A DNA stretch of 64,000 nucleotides from Candidatus Methylomirabilota bacterium. Its GTDB lineage: Bacteria > Methylomirabilota > Methylomirabilia > Rokubacteriales > CSP1-6. The notes under the pieces were generated by a model. The model had not been told where the DNA came from. It did not search any database and saw only the letters and a program-made list of their open reading frames with translations. Location of the stretch: contig DATIAY010000171.1 of NCBI GenBank assembly GCA_035457825.1, positions 6,920-70,919 of the forward strand, written 5' to 3'. Of the stretch, positions 37,145 through 48,030 are shown piece after piece. The stretch's first letter is position 1. Each line of letters opens with the position of its first letter. The position numbers and the translations under genes are program-made.

Positions 37145-38254
37145 ATGCCGCGATTCGGGATCTTCGTTTTCGCGATGCTCGTGGCGCTGGCGGCGGGCTC
37201 GGCGGCCGCGCAAGCCCCCATCGAGAGCGAGCTCGTGCTCATCACCCCGGTGTCGAAGTTCATCCACGACGCTGCCCTGAAGGCCTTCGCCGAGTACGCC
37301 AAAGAGAGGTGGAACGTCAGCGTGAAGGTCAACGCCATCCCCGCCGGCACCCCGATCGCGTATGGACGCATCGTGGAGTGGAAGGGCCGGCCCGAGGCCG
37401 ACATCTTCTGGGGGGGCGAGTCGGCGCTCTTCGAGAAGCTGACCGAGCAGAAACTGCTTCAGAAGGTCGAGATCGGTCGCGAGGCGTGGGATTCGATCCC
37501 GGCCTCGATCGGTAAACCGAAACCCATTCCCCTCAAAGACAAGGAAGGCTACTGGGTGGGCACGGCCCTGGAGCCGTATGGCCTCGTCTACCACCCCCGG
37601 AGGCTCCAGCGGCTGGGTGTTCCCGAGCCCAAGGAGTGGGACGACCTCCTGCATCCCAAGCTCCGCGGCGAGGTCGCGCAATGCGCGCCCACCCGCTCCT
37701 CGTCGTCGAACGCGACCTACGAGGTGATGTTGTCGATGCACAGGGAGGAAAAGGGCTGGGAGTGGCTCAAGCGCCTCGCCGCCAACACCGGACATTTCAC
37801 CGCGCGCAGCCGTGACGTGCCCACCGTGGTGGCCAAGGGCGAGTACGCCGCAGGCTTCGCGGTGCCCTCGTACATGGCCTTCGAGGAGAAGCTGGCCGGG
37901 TTCGACATCAAGTTCGTGGCCCCCCGGAACGCCTTCGTGACCCCGGAGCCCATGGCGATCCTTGCCGGGGCCCGCAACCCCAGGGCGGCCCGCGCGTTCA
38001 TCGAATTTCTGCTCACCGAAAGGGGCCAGAAGGTGTTCATGGAGCGCGGCCTGTTTCCCATCACCCCCCGCTTCCGGGTCCAGGGCCCGCCGGGCTCCAC
38101 GGCGGAAAAGGCCGTCGAGTTCACCGGCGGGGTGCGCTCGTATTTCGATGGCGAGGTCGCCAACGTCTATGACGAGGGCGTCGCGGCCAAGCGATCGGAG
38201 GCGCTCAAGCAGCGATACCGCGCGGACATCGAGGCGGTCTGGAAGAAGCCCTGA
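37145..38254 (+). CDS. ABC transporter substrate-binding protein (Fe3+/thiamine/spermidine type, SBP family 1)
   Basis: Signal peptide MPRFGIFVFAMLVALAAGSAAAQA; bilobed SBP similar to FbpA/AfuA. Confidence 0.75.
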   Translation: MPRFGIFVFAMLVALAAGSAAAQAPIESELVLITPVSKFIHDAALKAFAEYAKERWNVSVKVNAIPAGTPIAYGRIVEWKGRPEADIFWGGESALFEKLTEQKLLQKVEIGREAWDSIPASIGKPKPIPLKDKEGYWVGTALEPYGLVYHPRRLQRLGVPEPKEWDDLLHPKLRGEVAQCAPTRSSSSNATYEVMLSMHREEKGWEWLKRLAANTGHFTARSRDVPTVVAKGEYAAGFAVPSYMAFEEKLAGFDIKFVAPRNAFVTPEPMAILAGARNPRAARAFIEFLLTERGQKVFMERGLFPITPRFRVQGPPGSTAEKAVEFTGGVRSYFDGEVANVYDEGVAAKRSEALKQRYRADIEAVWKKP

Positions 38255-38317
38255 CGGGGCCACACCACCCCGAGCAGGCCACCCTCGGCTCAAGCCGGGC
38301 GGCGACGCTTCGTTACC

Positions 38318-39382
38318 ATGACCACCATCTCTCTGCGCGGCGTCCTCAAGCGGTTCGGCGGCGTCATCGCGGTGGACGGCGCCAGTGTCGATGTCGGTGA
38401 TGGCGAGCTGTTCACGCTGCTGGGTCCGTCAGGCTGCGGCAAGACCACGCTGCTCAGGCTGATCGCCGGGTTCTACAAGCCCGACGCCGGCGAGATCTGG
38501 TTCGGTGATCGCCGCGTGGACGGCGTGCCCGTCTACGCCCGCAACATCGGCATGGTCTTCCAGAACTATGCTCTCTGGCCCCACATGACGGTGCGGGCGA
38601 ACATCACCTATGGTCTCCGGCTGCGCCGCCTGGCTGCCGCCGAGATCGAGCGCCGGCTGGCCGAGGTGCTGGGCAAGGTCAACCTGGTGGGGTTGGAGGG
38701 GCGCTACCCCGGCCAGCTCTCGGGGGGCCAGCAGCAACGGGTGGCGTTGGCCCGCGCGCTCGTCCTCAATCCCGAGATCCTCCTGCTCGACGAGCCACTC
38801 TCCAACCTGGACGCCAAGATCCGGGTGCAAGTTCGGACGGAGATCCGCCGCCTGCAGCGAGAGCTGGGGATTACCACGGTGTACGTCACCCACGACCAGG
38901 AAGAGGCGCTGTCGCTGTCCGATCGAGTGGCGGTCATGCGACAGGGCATTATCTTGCAGACTGCTACCCCCAAGGAGCTCTACGAGCGCCCGGGCACACG
39001 CTTCGTAGCCGACTTCGTGGGGGTGAACAACTTCATCGCGGGCGTCTGCCGCGAGGCGGGCAACGGCCGGGTCGTCGTGGAAACGCCGCTCGGCCGCCTG
39101 CGCGGGCGCCCGGGCCGCGTGATACAACCCGGCGAGCGTTGTGTCCTGGCCGTCCGCCCCGAGAACATCGCGCTGGGGCCGGGGCCCGAGAATTCCTGCC
39201 CGGGTCGTGTCGTGCTCGCCTCGTATCTGGGCAGCATCCTGCGTTACGACGTGGAGACGGCCGCGGGACAACTCCTGAAGGTCGACGTGCGCGACCCCTG
39301 GCACCACGAGGTGCTGGCCCCGGGGGCCCAGGTCATCCTCTCTTTTCCCTCGTCGACGGCGCTGACGCTGGCCGATGACTGA
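38318..39382 (+). CDS. ABC transporter ATP-binding protein (FbpC/PotA type, with C-terminal TOBE-like domain)
   Basis: Walker A GPSGCGKTT, LSGGQQQRVALARAL, LLLDEPLSNLD. Confidence 0.85.
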   Translation: MTTISLRGVLKRFGGVIAVDGASVDVGDGELFTLLGPSGCGKTTLLRLIAGFYKPDAGEIWFGDRRVDGVPVYARNIGMVFQNYALWPHMTVRANITYGLRLRRLAAAEIERRLAEVLGKVNLVGLEGRYPGQLSGGQQQRVALARALVLNPEILLLDEPLSNLDAKIRVQVRTEIRRLQRELGITTVYVTHDQEEALSLSDRVAVMRQGIILQTATPKELYERPGTRFVADFVGVNNFIAGVCREAGNGRVVVETPLGRLRGRPGRVIQPGERCVLAVRPENIALGPGPENSCPGRVVLASYLGSILRYDVETAAGQLLKVDVRDPWHHEVLAPGAQVILSFPSSTALTLADD

Positions 39383-41084
39383 CGGCGCCGCCGCCCCGGC
39401 TGCGGCTCGGGCCTCCGGGCGCGTCGCCGTGGCGCCGGTCCTCGGCGTCGCCGCGATCTGGCTTTTCCTGCTGGTGTTCCTCGTCTATCCGCTCCTGAGG
39501 ATCTTCTGGGACGCCTTCACCGACGAGCTCGGTCGCTTCACCGTGGTCCACTTCGTCGAGTTCGCCGGCGACGCGTTCTACCGGCGCTCGCTGGTCAATT
39601 CGCTCCTGCTCGGCCTGGGAACCGTGGCCGCCACCTCGGTGCTGGGCTTCACGATCGCGTTCCTGCTCGTCCGCTACGAGTTCGTCGGCCGGAACCTGTT
39701 CAGCTACCTCACGCTGATTCCCATCATCTCGCCTCCCCTGGTCGGGGTCCTGGGCTTCACCTTCATCCTGGGCCGGGCCGGCACCGTCAACGTGCTCCTG
39801 ATGGACTGGCTGGATATCGCCCGCCCCCTCAACTTCATCTATGGCCTCCATGGCGTGCTGCTCGTGGAGACGCTGCACCTGTTTCCGATGATCACGCTCA
39901 ACGTGGTCGACGCCCTGGCCAAGATCGATCCCGCTCTGGAAGAGGCGGCCGAAAGCGTGGGCGCTCGCGGCTGGCGCAAGCTGCGCACGATCACGCTGCC
40001 CCTGACCACTCCCGGCTATATCGCCGGGGCCTTGCTGGTCTTCATCTGGACCTTCTCCGACTTCGCCACGCCCCTCGTGCTGGGCGTCCACGACCTGCTG
40101 GCCGCGCAGGCCTATCTCAACATCGTGCAGTTCGTGGACCGGCGTCTCTTTCGCATGGGGATCGTCATCTCGGCCCTCATGGTGGTGCTCGCCGTCGTAT
40201 TCCTCGTCGCCGCCCGACGGTACGTCGCCATCAAGGACTACTCTTCGCTGGCGTACTCCCGTGTGGCCCGGCGCCGGCTGACCGGGGCCCCGCAGGCCCT
40301 GGCCGTCGGGTTCCTGTCGCTGGTGATGGCGGCCTCGTTCATTCCTTACGCCGGCGTGGCCCTGGCCTCGGTGGGGCGGGGCTGGTCGCTCACGCCGCTG
40401 CCGGTGCAGTACACGTTGCAGTACTTCGAGCGGGTGATCGTGGAAACCCCGAAGTACATCGTGAACACCTTTCTCTATGCCGGGCTGGCCGTCGGCATCT
40501 GCATCGTCGTGGGCCTGCCTATCGCCTGGCTGCTGGCCCGTACGCGGCTGCCCGGCCGCGATGTCCTGGACGGTCTCAACACGCTGATCCTGGCCATCCC
40601 CGGCACCGCCATCGGCATCGCTTATATTCGGGCCTTCCACGTCCCCCTGCCCGGTCTCGACCGCGGCCTCACCAGTTTCTGGATCATCCTGCCCCTCGTC
40701 CTGGCCGTGCGGCGGCTGCCGTACACCGTGCGCGGCTCATACGCCTCGCTGCTCCTCGTGCACCGCTCGATGGAAGAGGCCGCGGCCAGCGTGGGGGCCG
40801 GCGGCCCGCGCTCCTTCCGGGACATCACGCTGCCTCTGATCTGGCGCGGCGTCCTGGTCGGTTCTCTGTTCTCGTTCATGACGTCGCTGCAGGAGGCCTC
40901 CGCCGTGCTGTTCCTCTCGCTCGGGGGCTGGGAGACGATGACCGTGGGGATCTTCTCGTTCTACATCGCCGGCAGCGCCAACGAGGCGGCCGCGCTGGGC
41001 GTGATCCTCATCGTGGTCGCGGCGGTGACGCTGATCCTCATCAACCGCGTGGCCGGCGCCCGCATGGGCGGGATGTTCGGCTAG
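39375..41084 (+). CDS. ABC transporter permease (duplicated two-domain FbpB type)
   Basis: 569 aa; two EAA-loop permease halves (ALAKIDPALEEAAESVGAR and SMEEAAASVGAG). Confidence 0.8.
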   Translation: MTDGAAAPAAARASGRVAVAPVLGVAAIWLFLLVFLVYPLLRIFWDAFTDELGRFTVVHFVEFAGDAFYRRSLVNSLLLGLGTVAATSVLGFTIAFLLVRYEFVGRNLFSYLTLIPIISPPLVGVLGFTFILGRAGTVNVLLMDWLDIARPLNFIYGLHGVLLVETLHLFPMITLNVVDALAKIDPALEEAAESVGARGWRKLRTITLPLTTPGYIAGALLVFIWTFSDFATPLVLGVHDLLAAQAYLNIVQFVDRRLFRMGIVISALMVVLAVVFLVAARRYVAIKDYSSLAYSRVARRRLTGAPQALAVGFLSLVMAASFIPYAGVALASVGRGWSLTPLPVQYTLQYFERVIVETPKYIVNTFLYAGLAVGICIVVGLPIAWLLARTRLPGRDVLDGLNTLILAIPGTAIGIAYIRAFHVPLPGLDRGLTSFWIILPLVLAVRRLPYTVRGSYASLLLVHRSMEEAAASVGAGGPRSFRDITLPLIWRGVLVGSLFSFMTSLQEASAVLFLSLGGWETMTVGIFSFYIAGSANEAAALGVILIVVAAVTLILINRVAGARMGGMFG

Positions 41085-41192
41085 GTCAGATTGTGCGGCA
41101 CTCCGATCCGGTCAGCCCCAGAAATCACCGGGGAATCAACTAGTTGAGCTGCCTTGTCCCGTTCCACGCGATGTGCTAGTGTCCTTCTTCAC

Positions 41193-41426
41193 ATGACGTC
41201 GGGGCCCGAGCCCGCCTTCAAGTCTGTCGGCGAGCTGGCCTCGATCGGCGTGGCTCTGGTGCTGGCGACCGTGATCGGGCTGGGCGCTGGTTACTACGCC
41301 GACCGCTGGCTGGGCACGAGCCCGTGGTTGACCCTGGTTGGTCTCGGGCTCGGGATCGCTGCGGGCTTCGTCACCCTCTTTCGCTCGGTCAGGAGCGCGG
41401 AGCGGAACCTCGAGGACGATGCGTGA
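41193..41426 (+). CDS. atpZ: AtpZ/AtpI-family small membrane protein of the F0F1 operon
   Basis: SVGELASIGVALVLATVIGLGAGYYADRWLGTSPWLTLVGLGLGIAAGF matches the AtpZ pattern. Start ambiguous (TTG 41154 or ATG 41193). Confidence 0.55.
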   Translation: MTSGPEPAFKSVGELASIGVALVLATVIGLGAGYYADRWLGTSPWLTLVGLGLGIAAGFVTLFRSVRSAERNLEDDA

Positions 41427-41787
41427 GCTGAGAGCGCGCGTCACGCTGGTCAGCGCGGCAACGGCTGCCGTGCTGGCCGGACTGGCCTATGGGCTGGCCG
41501 GCCCCGCCGCGGGGCTCGGCGTCGCGGCAGCGGGGGGGCTGACGCTCGCGAACTTCTGGTGGCTCGTGCACAACGCCGCCGTCGTCACCGACATCGGCCC
41601 CGCCTCGCGCCGGCTCGTCTGGGCCGTCGCCTCTGGAGTGCGGCTCCTGGCGCTGGTGGCGGCGCTGGCCCTCCTGCTCGCCTCCGGGCTCGTGCACGCC
41701 GTGGCGTTCGTCGTCGGGCTGGTGATCGTGCCCGGCGCGGTGATCGTGCTGGGACTGCGCGCCGCCTGTCGGGTCGGAGCCGGATGA
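41419..41787 (+). CDS. atpI: ATP synthase protein I
   Basis: Small four-TM hydrophobic protein immediately upstream of atpB; start overlaps atpZ. Confidence 0.55.
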   Translation: MRELRARVTLVSAATAAVLAGLAYGLAGPAAGLGVAAAGGLTLANFWWLVHNAAVVTDIGPASRRLVWAVASGVRLLALVAALALLLASGLVHAVAFVVGLVIVPGAVIVLGLRAACRVGAG

Positions 41788-42569
41788 TGGGAGCGATCGA
41801 GCACCCTCCGATCCTCCAGCTGCCGACCATTCCCGATCATGTCACGTATACGTGGCTGGTGATGATCCTGCTCGCCACGCTGGCGTTCGTTGGCTCCCGG
41901 CACGTCGCGCTGGTCCCGCGGGGCCTGCAGAACATCCTGGAGGTGGTGCTCGAGCAAATCCTGGGAATGATCGACGACGTCATCGGGCCCGGCGGGCGCC
42001 AGTATCTGCCTCTGATCGCCACCCTCGGGCTCTTCATCCTGACCGGCAACCTCATCTCGCTCGTGCCCGGCCTGGCCGGGCCGACGGCCAACCTCAACAC
42101 CACCGCGGCGTGTGCCATCATCGTGTTCGTCTCCTACCATTACATCGGCATCCGGAATCAGGGCCTGGTGACCTACCTGAACCACTTCACCGGTCCCATG
42201 CCCTGGTCGCTGGGAATGGCTCCCATCAAGCTATTGATGATTCCCATCGAGCTCATCAGCCACCTGGCCCGGCCCCTGTCGCTGTCGCTCCGGCTCTTCG
42301 GCAACATGACGGGCGGGCACATCCTCCTGGCGATCATCTTCTTCCTCATGGGTCTGGACGGGCTGCTGGGGTGGGCGCTCTCGGGGGGCGCGCCCGCCAT
42401 CGTGTTGGGCGGACTGGGTAGCATCATCATGGTCGTCTTCACCGTCGGCTTCCTGTTCCCTCTGAAGATCCTGGTTTCGTTCCTGCAAGCCTTCATCTTC
42501 GTCATGCTGACCATGCTGTACATCGCCGGCGCGACCGAACACGCCGAGCATCACGCGGAGCACCACTAG
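41784..42569 (+). CDS. atpB: F0F1 ATP synthase subunit a
   Basis: Essential Arg motif [18 protein letters not shown] overlaps the atpI stop (ATGA). Confidence 0.85.
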   Translation: MMGAIEHPPILQLPTIPDHVTYTWLVMILLATLAFVGSRHVALVPRGLQNILEVVLEQILGMIDDVIGPGGRQYLPLIATLGLFILTGNLISLVPGLAGPTANLNTTAACAIIVFVSYHYIGIRNQGLVTYLNHFTGPMPWSLGMAPIKLLMIPIELISHLARPLSLSLRLFGNMTGGHILLAIIFFLMGLDGLLGWALSGGAPAIVLGGLGSIIMVVFTVGFLFPLKILVSFLQAFIFVMLTMLYIAGATEHAEHHAEHH

Positions 42570-42588
42570 CCACAAGGAGGGCCGGTTC

Positions 42589-42918
42589 GTGCGACGTTCA
42601 CTGGCTGCAGTGGGCATGATAGTGTTCGCGTTCCCGGGCCTGGCGCTGGCCCAGACGCCCGCCGGAGGAGGGGGCGGCGGCTGGGTCGGGCCGTTCGCCG
42701 TCCTGGCCGCCGGGCTCGGCATGGCGTTCGCCGCCGGTCTCTGTGGTCTCGGGCAGGGGCGTGCGATCGCGTCTGCGGTCGAAGCCATGGCCCGCCAGCC
42801 CGGCGCGGCGGCGCGTATTCAGACCGCGATGATCATCGGTCTGGCGCTGATCGAGTCGCTGGCGATCTACACGCTGGTCATCGCGATCATCTTGTTGTTC
42901 GTCCAGCCGGTCAAGTAG
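42589..42918 (+). CDS. atpE: F0F1 ATP synthase subunit c with N-terminal signal-peptide-like extension
   Basis: ARQPG loop and carboxylate in IESLAIY. GTG start 8 nt after AAGGAGG. Confidence 0.8.
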   Translation: MRRSLAAVGMIVFAFPGLALAQTPAGGGGGGWVGPFAVLAAGLGMAFAAGLCGLGQGRAIASAVEAMARQPGAAARIQTAMIIGLALIESLAIYTLVIAIILLFVQPVK

Positions 42919-42971
42919 ACAGGCTCGCGGTGGCGGGCGCGGACGCCGTGCCCGCCACCCACGCACTGCCC

Positions 42972-43622
42972 ATGCCCCGGCGCCCGGCCTACCGGCCTCC
43001 CAAGATCCCCGAGATGACGATCCGCCGGCTGTCCGTTTACACGCGCTGCTTGCTCCAGCTCGAAGAAGACGGGGTCAAGACCATCTCCTCGCAGGACCTG
43101 GCCGAGCGCTTCAACCTGAACTCCGCCCAGGTCCGCAAGGACCTCGCCTACTTCGGCGAGTTCGGCGTCCGGGGCATCGGCTACTATGTGTCGGGGCTCA
43201 AGGCCGAGCTGCAGCGGATTCTGGGCCTGGATCGTGAGTGGCCGGTGGCCCTGGTCGGCTTCGGTAACCTCGGTTCGGCGCTCTTCCATTACCGGGGGTT
43301 CGGCCGCCAGGGCTTCCGCATCGTGGCCGTCTTCGACGACGATCCGGCCAAGCACCACCGGGAGGTCGACGGGGTCCCCGTGTTCCCCGCCCGTGAGCTC
43401 GCCCGCGAAGTGCGAGCCCGCTCGATCCAGATCGGGATCGTAGCGGTCCCGGCCGAGTCCGCACAAGCCGTGGCCGATCAGCTGGTGGCGGCAGGTATCA
43501 AGGCCGTGCTTAACTTTGCCCCGACCCGGATCCGTGTGCCGCGTGACGTCCGGCTCAAAGACGTGGACCTCTCGATCGAGCTGGAGACGCTGTCGTTTTA
43601 CCTGGCCAAGGGATCACGATAG
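42972..43622 (+). CDS. rex: redox-sensing transcriptional repressor Rex
   Basis: KIPEMTIRRLSVYTRCL winged-helix N-terminus and GFGNLGSALFHY Rossmann motif. Confidence 0.8.
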   Translation: MPRRPAYRPPKIPEMTIRRLSVYTRCLLQLEEDGVKTISSQDLAERFNLNSAQVRKDLAYFGEFGVRGIGYYVSGLKAELQRILGLDREWPVALVGFGNLGSALFHYRGFGRQGFRIVAVFDDDPAKHHREVDGVPVFPARELAREVRARSIQIGIVAVPAESAQAVADQLVAAGIKAVLNFAPTRIRVPRDVRLKDVDLSIELETLSFYLAKGSR

Positions 43623-43647
43623 GGTAGTTAACCGTAGCAGTCGCTCC

Positions 43648-46600
43648 ATGCTGGAACAGTGGCCGCCTTTCGAAGCCCTGGCGAAAGCCTTCGCCGCGGG
43701 AGATCCCTGTCTACGCATCGCGGGCCTCACCGGAGGGGCCCGGGCTCTGGCCGTAGCCGAGCTCCTCCAGGTCACTCCGCGGGCGGCCCTTGTCCTGGCC
43801 GCTTCACTCCCCGACGCGCGGTCCTGGGCCCAGGATCTGAGGTTCTTCGGTGCCCCGGCCGTGGAGTTCCCCGAGGGCGAGCCCCGGCTCTGGCGTGGTG
43901 GTCGCCAGCGCGAAGCCGATGCCGAGCGCGCGCTCATCTGTCGACGGCTGCTCTCGGGCGAGCCCGTGATCGTCGTGGCCACCCGTTCTGCTCTGGAAGT
44001 GCCGCTGGCGGCCCCCGGGGCCTTCGGCGCCGGCACGCTGCGCCTGTCGGTCGGCGACAGTCTCGATCGCGAGCTGCTCCTAGAAGCGCTCACGGCCGCT
44101 GGCTACGAGCGGGTCGACACGGTCGTCGAGGTGGGCCAGTGGAGCCTGCGGGGCGGCATCGTCGACATCTTCTCGCCCACGCACCCGGCGCCGGCCCGCC
44201 TCGAGTTCTTCGGGGACGATATCGAGTCGATCCGGCTGTTCGATCCCACATCGCAGCGCTCACAGACGGCCCTGGACGAGCTGGTCGTGCTGCCTCTGGA
44301 GGCTCCGGCCCCGGGGGCGTCGGGGGCTCCCGCCGACTTGCTCACCTACCTGCCGGCCGCCGCGGCCGTCGTCGTCGATGGTCCGCGACTGCTCGACGAA
44401 GGGGCCGAGGAGGCGCCGGACCAGCCGCCACTGGGGAAGCGGCTGGCACCCCGGCAGCGTCTGGAGCTTGAGCTCGTTACCGGGGCATCCGGCTCGCCTG
44501 CATTCGCGCTGGAGACCCACGCGGCGGGCCGTTACTCGGGACGGTTCACCCAGCTGGCCGAGGAGATCGCCGGCTGGCGGCGCGAGGGGTTTCGCGTCCG
44601 ACTAGTGGCCGCCGACGTCACCCAGGCCCAGCATCTGCGGCAGATTCTTCGCGAGCACGGGTTGGAGGCGGTGGACGCGCCTGGTCTGGGAACGGCCGAC
44701 GGTCTGGCCGTCGTGGTGGGCGAGTGCTCGACCGGCTTCACCATCCCGGCGCTGGGGCTCATCGTGTTGACCGAGGACGAGATGTTCGGGGCCCGGCGCC
44801 GCACCCTCCGGCGGCCCAAATACCAGCGCGGCTCGCCCGTCACGGCCTTCACCGATCTGGCCGTCGGTGACCTGGTCGTCCACGATGACCACGGGATCGG
44901 GCGCTACCTCGGCCTGCGCACCATGCACGTGGGAGACCGCGACGGCGACTACCTGCTCCTGGAGTACGCGGAGGGCAACCAGCTCTATCTCCCGGTCGAG
45001 CGGCTCGATCTCATCTCCAAGTATCTCGGCGGAGACGCGACCACGGCTCGTCTCGATCGTCTGGGCGGGGCTTCCTGGCAACGCGTCAAAGAGTCGGTGC
45101 GGGCCGCCCTTCGCGAGATGGCCGAGGAACTCCTCAAGCTCTACGCCCGTCGCGCCGTCGCCGAGGGCCATGCCTTCGCCACCGACAGCGCGTGGCAGCG
45201 GGAGTTCGAAGCCGCCTTCCGGTTCGAGGAGACGCCGGACCAGCTTCGGGCCATCGCCGACGTCAAGCAGGACATGGAAGGGGCCCGCCCCATGGACCGC
45301 CTGGTCGCCGGGGACGTCGGCTACGGCAAGACGGAGGTGGCGCTCCGGGCCGCCTTCAAGACGGTCGCCGACGGCCTGCAGGTGGCGGTGCTCGTCCCCA
45401 CGACGGTGCTCGCCCAGCAGCACTGGGCCACATTCGCCGAGCGTTTTGCCGCGTTCCCGGTTCGGGTCGAGCTGCTCTCGCGCTTCAGATCACCGGCCGA
45501 GCAAAAGGCCGTGGTGGACGGGCTGCGGGTCGGAACAGTGGACGTGGTGATCGGCACCCACCGCCTACTGTCCCGCGACGTCGGCTTTAAAAATCTTGGA
45601 TTGCTGATCGTCGACGAGGAGCACCGGTTCGGCGTCGCCCACAAGGAGCGACTCAAGCAGTTTCGAACGGCGGTGGACGTGCTGGCGCTGACCGCCACGC
45701 CCATTCCCCGTACGCTCTATATGTCGCTCTCCGGGGTGCGGGACATGTCGGTGATCGAGACGCCGCCGCTGGATCGGCTGCCCGTGGAAACGGTGATCCG
45801 TCGCTTCAGCAAGGCGGTGATCCGGGAGGCCCTCGAGCGGGAGCTCCGGCGCGGCGGTCAGGTCTTCTTCGTCCACAACAGGGTCCAGTCGCTTCCCTCG
45901 ATGGTGCGTATGCTCGGCGAGCTAGTTCCCGATGCCCGCCTGGTGATGGCGCACGGTCAAATGCGCGAGCGGGAGCTGGAGGCGGCCATGGTGAAGTTCG
46001 TCAGCGGCCAGGCCGACGTGCTGGTCTCGACCGCCATCATCGAGTCGGGCCTTGACATCCCGGCCTCCAACACGATCGTCGTGAACCGGGCAGATCGTCT
46101 GGGTCTGGCCCAGCTCTACCAGTTGCGGGGGCGGGTGGGCCGCGAGCGTCAGCAGGCCTTCTGCTATCTGCTCATCCCGGCCGACGGACGGGTCGACGAG
46201 CAGGCCCAGCGGCGGCTCCGGGTGCTCCAGGAGCTCACCGAATTGGGCTCGGGGTTCAAGCTGGCTCTGAGGGACCTCGAGATCCGGGGCGCCGGCAACC
46301 TCCTGGGCGCCCAACAGCACGGCCATATCGCCGCGGTAGGCTTCGATCTTTATTCGAAGCTCCTGGCGGAAGCCGTGCGAGAATTGAAGGGCGAAGCGAC
46401 CGCTGCCAGTGTCGAGCCGGTCGTGAGCGTGAACGTCGAAGGCTTCTTGCCAGAAGACTATGTCTCCGAGGTCAACCAGCGTCTCGCGCTCTACAAGCGC
46501 CTCGCCGGAGCTCGCACCGCGGGCGAGGTGGCGGACCTTCGCGCCGAACTGGTCGACCGCTTCGGCCCCCTGCCGCCCCCGGCCGAGCAGCTACTCGACA

Positions 46601-46851
46601 TCGTCCGGATCCGGGTGGCCGCCCGTGACCTTGGCGTGGAACGCATCGAGGCGGGCGCGGGCCGCGCCCTCCTCACCTTCGCGCCCTCGACAACGCTGGA
46701 TCCCCAGCGGCTCGTCGGCACCATCCAGCGGAGCCGGGGCCGGCTGCAGATGAAGCGCGAGTTCACGCTCGAGGCCTCGATCGGCGGCGGGGAGTGGCCG
46801 AGCATCCGGGACTCGCTGCTGGCGCTGCTCGACGGCCTGGGCCACGCATGA
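43648..46851 (+). CDS. mfd: transcription-repair coupling factor
   Basis: About 1068 aa, with UvrB-like N-terminal domain, RecG-like helicase motifs ([18 protein letters not shown]) and TRCF C-terminus. Confidence 0.9.
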   Translation: MLEQWPPFEALAKAFAAGDPCLRIAGLTGGARALAVAELLQVTPRAALVLAASLPDARSWAQDLRFFGAPAVEFPEGEPRLWRGGRQREADAERALICRRLLSGEPVIVVATRSALEVPLAAPGAFGAGTLRLSVGDSLDRELLLEALTAAGYERVDTVVEVGQWSLRGGIVDIFSPTHPAPARLEFFGDDIESIRLFDPTSQRSQTALDELVVLPLEAPAPGASGAPADLLTYLPAAAAVVVDGPRLLDEGAEEAPDQPPLGKRLAPRQRLELELVTGASGSPAFALETHAAGRYSGRFTQLAEEIAGWRREGFRVRLVAADVTQAQHLRQILREHGLEAVDAPGLGTADGLAVVVGECSTGFTIPALGLIVLTEDEMFGARRRTLRRPKYQRGSPVTAFTDLAVGDLVVHDDHGIGRYLGLRTMHVGDRDGDYLLLEYAEGNQLYLPVERLDLISKYLGGDATTARLDRLGGASWQRVKESVRAALREMAEELLKLYARRAVAEGHAFATDSAWQREFEAAFRFEETPDQLRAIADVKQDMEGARPMDRLVAGDVGYGKTEVALRAAFKTVADGLQVAVLVPTTVLAQQHWATFAERFAAFPVRVELLSRFRSPAEQKAVVDGLRVGTVDVVIGTHRLLSRDVGFKNLGLLIVDEEHRFGVAHKERLKQFRTAVDVLALTATPIPRTLYMSLSGVRDMSVIETPPLDRLPVETVIRRFSKAVIREALERELRRGGQVFFVHNRVQSLPSMVRMLGELVPDARLVMAHGQMRERELEAAMVKFVSGQADVLVSTAIIESGLDIPASNTIVVNRADRLGLAQLYQLRGRVGRERQQAFCYLLIPADGRVDEQAQRRLRVLQELTELGSGFKLALRDLEIRGAGNLLGAQQHGHIAAVGFDLYSKLLAEAVRELKGEATAASVEPVVSVNVEGFLPEDYVSEVNQRLALYKRLAGARTAGEVADLRAELVDRFGPLPPPAEQLLDIVRIRVAARDLGVERIEAGAGRALLTFAPSTTLDPQRLVGTIQRSRGRLQMKREFTLEASIGGGEWPSIRDSLLALLDGLGHA

Positions 46852-47885
46852 CGGCCGCGCTGGCTCTGGCCATGGTCGCGCTGCTTCTCGGAGGCTGCGG
46901 CTCTGCCACCAGCAGCACCCCCCCGGAAGTGACGGGCCGACCCTCGGCGGCGGCGGCCAAGGAGCCCGAGCGTTCGCCGGCCCGGGCCGTCAGCGCCCCC
47001 GACGTAGTCGATCGCGTCGTGGCGGTCGTCAACAACGATGCGATCACGCTCGCCGAGGTGCAGGAGACTGTGCTGTCCTTCCGGCAAGAGAATCGCGGCC
47101 GGGCGTCAGGCTCCGACGAAGAGCTGGCCCGGCAGTTCCTGACCCGCCTCATCGAGACGCGGTTACAGCTCCAGGAGGCCGACCGGGAGAAGATCTTCGT
47201 CGACGACAGCGAAGTCGACGAGGAGTTGGCCGAGCGGATGAAGCGCTTCGGGGCCAAGAACAAGGACGAGATCGCGACCATGCTCAAGGAGCAGGGGTTC
47301 ACTATCGAGGCCGTCCGCAAGCGCGTTCGCGAGACCGTGCGCATCGCCAAAGTGGTCCGCCGGAAGGTGACCCTGCGTGTCTCAGTCACCGAAGAGGAGA
47401 TCGACCACTATCTGGCCGACAACCGGTCCAAGCTGGAAACCGGGCTCAGTTACCACGCCCGCCACATCCTCATCACCCCGGCCGGCAGCTCCGACGTGGC
47501 GTGGGAGGCGGCCCGCATCCGGGCCGAGATGATCCGCGAAGAGCTCGCTGCCGGCGCCGACTTCGCCGAACTGGCCCGGCAGCATTCGCGGGACGCCAGC
47601 GCCAAAGTCGGCGGGGATCTGGGTACCCTCAAGCGGGGTGAGCTGGCTGCCGAGATCGAAGCCCGCATCCTCGCACTGGGGGAGGGGGAAGACTCTCTCC
47701 CGTACCGGTCCACGCTGGGCTACCACCTCTTTCGGCTGGAGAGCAAGGAGACCCTGGAAGGGGACGCCTTGCGGCGGGCCCGGCAACAGGTCCGCGAGAT
47801 CCTGTTCCGGCAGAAGTACGAGTCGAGACTCGAGGCCTGGCTCAAGGAGATCAAGCAGCGCGCAATCGTCGAGGTTCGCATGTGA
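46848..47885 (+). CDS. SurA/PrsA-like peptidyl-prolyl isomerase lipoprotein (parvulin domain)
   Basis: Lipobox LLLGGC and parvulin motif HILI...GGDLG. ATG overlaps the mfd stop (ATGA). Confidence 0.7.
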   Translation: MTAALALAMVALLLGGCGSATSSTPPEVTGRPSAAAAKEPERSPARAVSAPDVVDRVVAVVNNDAITLAEVQETVLSFRQENRGRASGSDEELARQFLTRLIETRLQLQEADREKIFVDDSEVDEELAERMKRFGAKNKDEIATMLKEQGFTIEAVRKRVRETVRIAKVVRRKVTLRVSVTEEEIDHYLADNRSKLETGLSYHARHILITPAGSSDVAWEAARIRAEMIREELAAGADFAELARQHSRDASAKVGGDLGTLKRGELAAEIEARILALGEGEDSLPYRSTLGYHLFRLESKETLEGDALRRARQQVREILFRQKYESRLEAWLKEIKQRAIVEVRM

Positions 47886-48030
47886 GGCGGTTCAGGAAGA
47901 AATCCGTTGACAGCCTGGCGCAGCGGTGCGAGGATCACTGGGTAAGTGCCGTCCAGCCCCGCGGAAATCTGCGTCACATTCAACCACTAACGTCATTGAC
48001 GGCAGCGAATGCCGTCCCCGGAGCCGTTTG

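Noticed and set aside
41170-41194. Possible Rex operator upstream of atpZ
   Set aside because: Only an ATGTG-N14-CACAT inverted repeat is present. The spacing does not fit the TTGTGAA-N6-TTCACAA Rex consensus.
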